This document shows, one piece after another, positions 57,346-64,000 of a DNA stretch of 64,000 nucleotides. The position numbers and the translations under genes are program-made. How positions within the stretch are numbered: the stretch's first letter is position 1; each line of letters starts with the position of its first letter. The notes under the pieces were generated by a model. The model was given only the letters and a program-made list of their open reading frames with translations, did no database searches and had not been told where the DNA came from. This DNA is from Eledone cirrhosa. Taxonomy: Eukaryota. The DNA is taken from the NCBI GenBank assembly GCA_964016885.1, contig OZ024741.1:228160001-228224000 (forward strand), given 5' to 3'.

Positions 57346-60300
57346 GGGGCTGTGGGGCAGTCAGCATGTGGGACCCCATTTGCTCATAGTAGTGAAAGAT
57401 AGGGAGCGTGAGAAAGTTGGAGACAATAACAGTAGGAGTTCGGCTCCTCTGTGTTCAGACCTGGTGTACGTGTGTGAGTATCATCATCATCATCATCATT
57501 TCATTTTACGTCCACTTTTCCCTGCTTGCAAGGGTGGGACGGGAACTGATTCTGGCTTGATTTCTACAGCTGGATGCCCTTCCTAACACCAACCTCATTT
57601 ACAGTGAGTGCTGGGTGCTTTTTTGCCGTGGCACCTCCACGACCACTTTGCAGTGGAATGATAGGGACCCCAGTCCCTATCATCTCATTTCTACAGCTGA
57701 GTAAACTGGAGCAATGTGAAATAAAGTGTCTTGCTCAAGATATGTTTACATCTATTCAGTGAAGATTTTATAATTCATTTATAATTTTAATTATTTGTTT
57801 TTACTGTCGCAGTTTAAAATTGATTATTTAATATACCAATAACCTTCTCACCCCTACATTTAGCACATCACCTGATCACTGTGTCAAGTATACATACCAG
57901 GTTTCTCAGCTGTGGATAAAATATTCTCATCTTCCCACTTGTCTCAGATAACCTTCTGACTAAGACATAAATTAATAAGATCACGATCATCATTGAAAAT
58001 AAGAATATATCTCTTGGCAATGCTCCCAGGATTTCTCAAAGACCTACCACAGTGTGAATAGTTGGTCAGCTGTGCTGCATCCAGGGCGAAAACTGCAGTA
58101 AGGGGAGGCTTAACAAGGAGATTCCTCCGTAATTGGAACAATGTCTCTTGTCTCCCTTAATGAAAATTGCGATTATCATTCTCAACTGCCATTGCTTAGG
58201 TGCCTTTCAGAGAGATCCAGGCCACACAGCACACACAAGTCAGCCAGAGAATACCTTCTCTATTTAAGGCTTTTTACATCTCGGGACAGATTTCATCTTC
58301 CCCAGTGGCCTTGCCAGATTTGAGCTCTTTAACTGAAGAGATTTTTATGCTTTTTTATTTTGAGAACAATGCCATCAGTATGAGCGGCCGGTTTCAGCTA
58401 CTTTGAATAGAAAGGTGAGTGAATTCTGGTCAGATAGAGCCAGTTTAAATGCTAAAGGGTTAAACCTATTACTACTTCACAGTGAACGAGATGGGATGAG
58501 CATAACTGGAACACTTGATCATAAGTCTGTTTGTTGGATCAAGGCAAACCTAAGGCTAAAAGACGACAGTCGGTATGCTCGAAAGGCCAAGAATAATTTT
58601 TTTTTAGCTTAGTTTTCATACTTTGAAAAGTACAGAAATTTATTCAAGATGGCTGCACCAATATAAAATATTCAATCTTAGATATCAGCATATATAATTG
58701 TGGCTGACTGTGATAATAATGAAATGTTTTGCACAATATTACTTAGCCTTGTCCATTTATTATATTGCAGAGAGTAAATATTTTCATGGTGGCTGCACTA
58801 ATATAAAATATGCAATCGCAAAGGTCATCTTGTGTTTTTGTAAGTCATGCAAAGGGACGTAACTCATCTGTGTTTCAGGATCTAAATATAAATACATACA
58901 TATACATAAACTGGTATGTTTTGAAACAGCGGGCGATATTGAAATTAGAAATAGAAGCTTTCGCCGTATTTTTGACTAAAGAAATTTTAGCATGGTAGTG
59001 GGGTTTAGAACCCTCAAAGAAATGGGAAAAAATACGGCGAAAGATTCTAATATAATTGTTTCTACTTTGGGCACAAGGCCAGCAATTATCCCAGTGAATT
59101 ACTTTATTTTATTTTTGGTACTTTATTTTATCGAACTCGTAGGGATGAAAGGCAAAGTTAACCTCGGCGGGATTTGAACTCAGACTGCAAAGGGCCGTAA
59201 TCTATACTGCAAAGCATGGCGTCCAACCCTCTACCGATACTGCCAATCCCCCTAATATAATATACATAAACATTATGCAAAATAATTGTGTCTACTTTTG
59301 GCACAAGGCCAGCAATTACCCAGTGTATTACTGGTACTTTATTTTATCAAACCTGTAAGGATGAAAGGCAAAGTTAACCTCGGCGGGATTTGAACTCAGA
59401 ATAGCAAGGGCTGTAACTCTATGCATCAAAGGAATGATTAGAAACACACACATCTATGTGATGAGTGTCGAAAGAATGGCGCTGTGACAAACTATGGAAA
59501 ACAGAGAACAGCATTCGCTACACCTGTGTTACTCATACATATAAATGTATACATATGCACACACACACATATGTGTGTGTGTATGTAATAATTATTTTTA
59601 ACTAGCGTTCTTAGATTGGCTACACTTTTATGAGTGTATGTGTGTGGTGTTTTTGTGTGGGAGTGTGTGTGTGTTGTTCAAGGAGCCAAGTCCCTAGCAA
59701 TATCGAAATAAATTAGAATTATCAAGAATATAAAACGACTGCAGTTGAAAGGTATATACAAATACATATCTACCCTTTAGCCGTCATTTTTGACGGCACG
59801 GGCCAGCTAGTATATAATATTGACCGACTGATAATGTGTGTGTGTGTGTGTGTGTGTGATTATCAAGATGGCTGACTGAATACACACATGCTTTTTCTCA
59901 AAATAATGTTTTTTGCCATTCCTTCCTCTTCTAATGCTCCATCTTTCTATTTAACCATTTATTCCTCATACTATCTTCTGATGGAGGACTAGTGACCAAA
60001 ATGTAAAGCCTCTTTTCCTACTATATCAAGCATTTAACTAATATATTCTTCATTGTAGTGTCCTGTTTGCTTTGACCTTTTGCAGAGAGAGTGATATTTG
60101 ATTTGGTATCTGGAAATGAGTGACCCCTGGTCTTTGTTAGGACATCATTCTAAGAGAACACAAACTTTGATGTAAAACCTGTGACACGATGGCAGCCAGT
60201 AATGATCACCTGTTCTTTTTGGATATCTGTCACCATTGTTCAGAAAGTGGGACTGGTCCACTTAAAAAAGCTTCAAAGGCACCACATGATCTAAATGTCT

Positions 60301-61139
60301 TACATATGTGTTACATGAGCATGGCTGTCTGTAGTCAAAAAAGGCTTTTTTTTTTCTTTTGCTGCAGCATAAGCAGAAAGGAATGTAAGGTCTTGCCAGA
60401 GTTAAAAAGTTGTGTTTGTGCCACACGTGTAAGAAAAACGATCAAGTAAGGGCAATTCTTGAAAGCGAGATGCTGCCATCACACATATATATATAATAGT
60501 GAAACAAAGCTGTCGAACAGGACCAATACACCTTCGGTCATTTTCCCACTCACTCAATAATTTAATTAAGTCAGGATCATTAAGACACCAACCCAAGGAA
60601 ATTAGAGTGAATACTTATACGTTAAATGGTGAGAAAAACGATTTTGTGTGGGTAGAAAATCTTATTTTCTGGCCCCAGATAAATGCATTACTTTGTGCTA
60701 CTCCATCTGCTAGCAGCAGTCCGAATGGAACTACCATGCACAGAAATTAGGCAATGCTATTAAGCATTACATAATTGGCTCTAAGTTGTGTCATCTGCAG
60801 TGAATTAGCCCCTCTGGAACAGGTCAGCTATCAACACACTGCTCCAAAGTACCTCGGCCATTACAGTAGTAAACTCTACCTTCAGTGTCACGTCACATGA
60901 CACTGAAGGGGAGGTAAGCTAGTTCTGAATATTCACAGAACACGTTGGCACATATTCAAATACACACTCACACACAGAGAAATACAAAGGTTTATAAATA
61001 TATATGTCAAGGTGAGCATCAAGAATGAGTGCAGTGATTAATGTAACAAGTATACAGGTATCCATCAAGCTTTGATTCTGTTTTCTGCTATTTCTTTTAT
61101 AACCCTCCAAGCGACAAAGGGTTTAAAACTGACTGCCCA

Positions 61140-61640
61140 TGAATTTTTAGAAGAATTAAAGAAGAAATTCCAGGCATAGAAGCAAAATCTGGAATCAAAA
61201 CAAATCAGAGTATATTAAGAAAAGACCAAAGTTTTATTAAGAGGGAAAGAAGACAGGACCCTGATGCCAACAGAGAAGTGTCCTTGCTCAATACACATAA
61301 ATGGAGAAGGTAAAAACACAGTGCAACCTATGGACACACAAGATATTTTGTCAGATTACAGGCATAGTAGCCAAAATAAAAACAAAGTGGGTAAAGTTTA
61401 GGGAATTTTTAGTTCTCTGGCAACAAAAAGCTTTTCTCTCAGAGTAAAGCACAGTCTATATAATGTTTGCATATGAACTGCAGGAGATTTGATGCAAGAG
61501 CTGAAAAGAAATGAGGTGGGAAGCTACACTGGATGTGTAATATGAGAATGCATGAATGACTAACTACAGATGAATTGAGGAAAAAACTGGTTATAAGAGT
61601 AATCAAACGTAGTGAACAAGAAAGACAACTGTACATTTTA
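61140..61640 (+). mobile_element. highly degenerate RTE LINE fragment
   Basis: similar to the RTE copies at 37430-37990 and 46660-47260 (gaagacaggacc..gaagtgtccttgctcaata). Confidence 0.55.
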
Positions 61641-64000
61641 CAAATGGTTGGCTCAAGCTAAAAACAAAAAGCATTGAGTGCTAATATTGAACCATCCCCA
61701 GTAACCTACAGTTACTGAAATAATTGAATCTATATATATAAATATATATATAGCCCACACAGTAAAATGATTGTGCTGGTGAGACGACAAAAAGCGCCCA
61801 GCCCACACTGTAAAATGGTTGTGTAGGTCTTGCAATAAAAGGCACCCAGTCCACACTGTAAAGGGGTTGTGTAGATGTCACAATAAAAAACGGCCAGTCC
61901 ACACAGGAAATGGACATCTAAGGAGTCGTAACAGAAAAACACCCAGTTCACACTGTAATGCATACAGATACAAACTCACACACACACACATATAACAGTG
62001 AAAACATTCTAGGCATTTACACTATTAAACCTTTAGCATTTACATTACTCTATATTTACTATTGTATTTTCACAGTAAAGTCTTTACCTCACATAATTAT
62101 ATCACATAATATTAAATCTATGAGATTTTGATATTATTTATTTTGGAGAACAATACCTTAACATCATTATGAGGGGCTAGTTATAGCCAGTTTGAACAGA
62201 AAAAGGTGAGAGAATTCTGGATGGATACGGCCAGTTTAAATGCTAAAGAGCTAAATAGGATTCACTGAGAATATCATTAAAACGTTAAATGTCCTCAATC
62301 CAACTTTTGGTCACCAAAGATAAACAGGACACAGAGTGCATAAAGGTGATGTAGTACATATACATAGCAGTACAGGTGGCAATAGTATGTATACACAATA
62401 TGGAGACACACAAGTATTGAGGTCATTTTAATCAAATAGCCCCTCTCCTAACATTTCCACACTTGTACATATGTAAGAAATTATCATGATCATCATGATG
62501 ATATGATGTTGATGATGATGATAGCAGTGGATGTAAAAATAGGTAGAATATCAGGTGCAATATATTATAGTATTCTAATCCCATCTCTTTACACTGTGTT
62601 TGTATCCTGCTCCCAATCCCCAATTATCTTTACCTTTCATTGTTTGTTCCCTTGTCAATAAAATGAAATACCACTCAAGAACTGGGGTTAATATAATTGA
62701 CTGTAAACCCACCAACTGAAATGTGTGTACATTGTGTTAAGTTTAAAATCCACATTAAGGTCAATTTGTGACCTTGTGCTATGTTAAAATCCACATTAAG
62801 GTCAAGATCAATGCAAATGTAGAAATGCAATATGGTATTTAGTTCTTGTCACTCCAGATTCAAAAGTACAAATCCTACTGCTGGTGACCAAGCTTTACTA
62901 ATATCTGGAGGTCAATCTAAATAAACGTCAGAAATCACTGAGGTCAATAACTCAGATCAGCATCAGACACAGATCAGAGATGATCAACCAGACCTGTTTT
63001 CTCCTGGTTACATTATCACGTGTGTCCTTAATTAAAATTGTAGAGTATGATGATATAAGATGTTTCTATGAACATCCAAATGCTGATGACCACAATGACT
63101 ACAAGACTATTCCGAAAGCTAGAATCCATTGAAGGGGCAAAGATGAGGTCAATCACAATAATGATGTAGTAATGTGGTAGTGAAATATCTGACCATTCGC
63201 TCGTGTAGTAGCAGACCTGCAAACCTCTAAACACCCAAAAGGAAAGTACCTTGAAAAAAAAAGTATCCCGAAATGGGGCGAAATGAGGCAAAATGGGGAG
63301 ATTTTACATAACGAAAGCTATACCTCTTTACATAAGAGAAAACATCTCACACCCATCTGAAAGTGGGTGGGAGATCTTCTCAAGAGTTGACAGATCTTAC
63401 CATAGGTACTATCCTAGTACTACCATACAATTAAAAAATACCAGCCAAATCTCCCTCAAATAACACCCAGGGGGAAAAAACAAAGAACGCCACATTTCAC
63501 AATTTAATACCTTACTTACAAAAAAAAAAAGGACAGGATAGTTAAGACTTGGATACCTTTGATCATAGGTCTGCTTAATCAGGACTGACATGGAGCTAAA
63601 CAACAACACTGACAAACAAGACTAAACTTTAAAGACTTCCTAAATCTTCCATTAAGACAATAAAAGCTGCATGCCAACATATGCAGACATGCAAAAATAT
63701 CAAGATATAAGAGTACAGAGGGAAAATGTTTAATCAATAGACTCAGTTTACTGGTAGATTACCTGCTCAAATAAAACACAACTACACGGAAGAATATCAG
63801 CCAAATTACCCTTAAATATAAAACAGTTACATCTATAAAGAAAAAATAGCAGACATGTCCCAACCAAGAAGCCTCAAATTATTATTCCATTATATTAAAT
63901 AAGGCAAGGTCACAAGGATAATGTAATCTTACATAACCCTAAAGGAGATGGGGTGAAATGCTTTTGCGCATAGGTTGCATTGTTCAACAACATCATCGCC

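Noticed and set aside
60189-60449. Cys-containing ORF suggestive of a transposon zinc finger
   Set aside because: Too degenerate to assign without a search
63028-63291. Hydrophobic minus-strand ORF with a possible acceptor near 63217
   Set aside because: No recognisable domain or partner exon in the window

Overview
AT-rich, repeat-dense animal genomic DNA; the repeat repertoire suggests a cephalopod such as Octopus (inference, not verified). One host gene is supported: a minus-strand, spliced calmodulin-like EF-hand gene. Its coding exons are 28594-28627, 24905-25048, 23555-23797 and 22653-22678, plus a probable ATG micro-exon at 50217-50219, giving 149 aa with calmodulin-type intron phases and only EF-hand 3 canonical. 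The rest is (TA)n-type microsatellite, an assembly gap (14637-14836) and transposon remnants: RTE, CR1, CRE and Ingi/Vingi-like LINE pieces, two or three SINE families, a deleted mariner, several MITEs, Helentron-like elements and a deleted LTR element with a tRNA-Trp primer site. The most notable signal is a set of about 7 distinct type-I hammerhead ribozyme motifs plus one non-canonical variant, mostly in inverted-repeat, Penelope-like pseudo-LTR structures. One of these is a 2.7-kb cassette whose ribozyme-bearing inverted arms flank an in-frame Penelope/RTE chimeric ORF. A candidate HDV-like ribozyme heads a short bipartite RTE derivative. All calls are by eye; no searches or folding were run.
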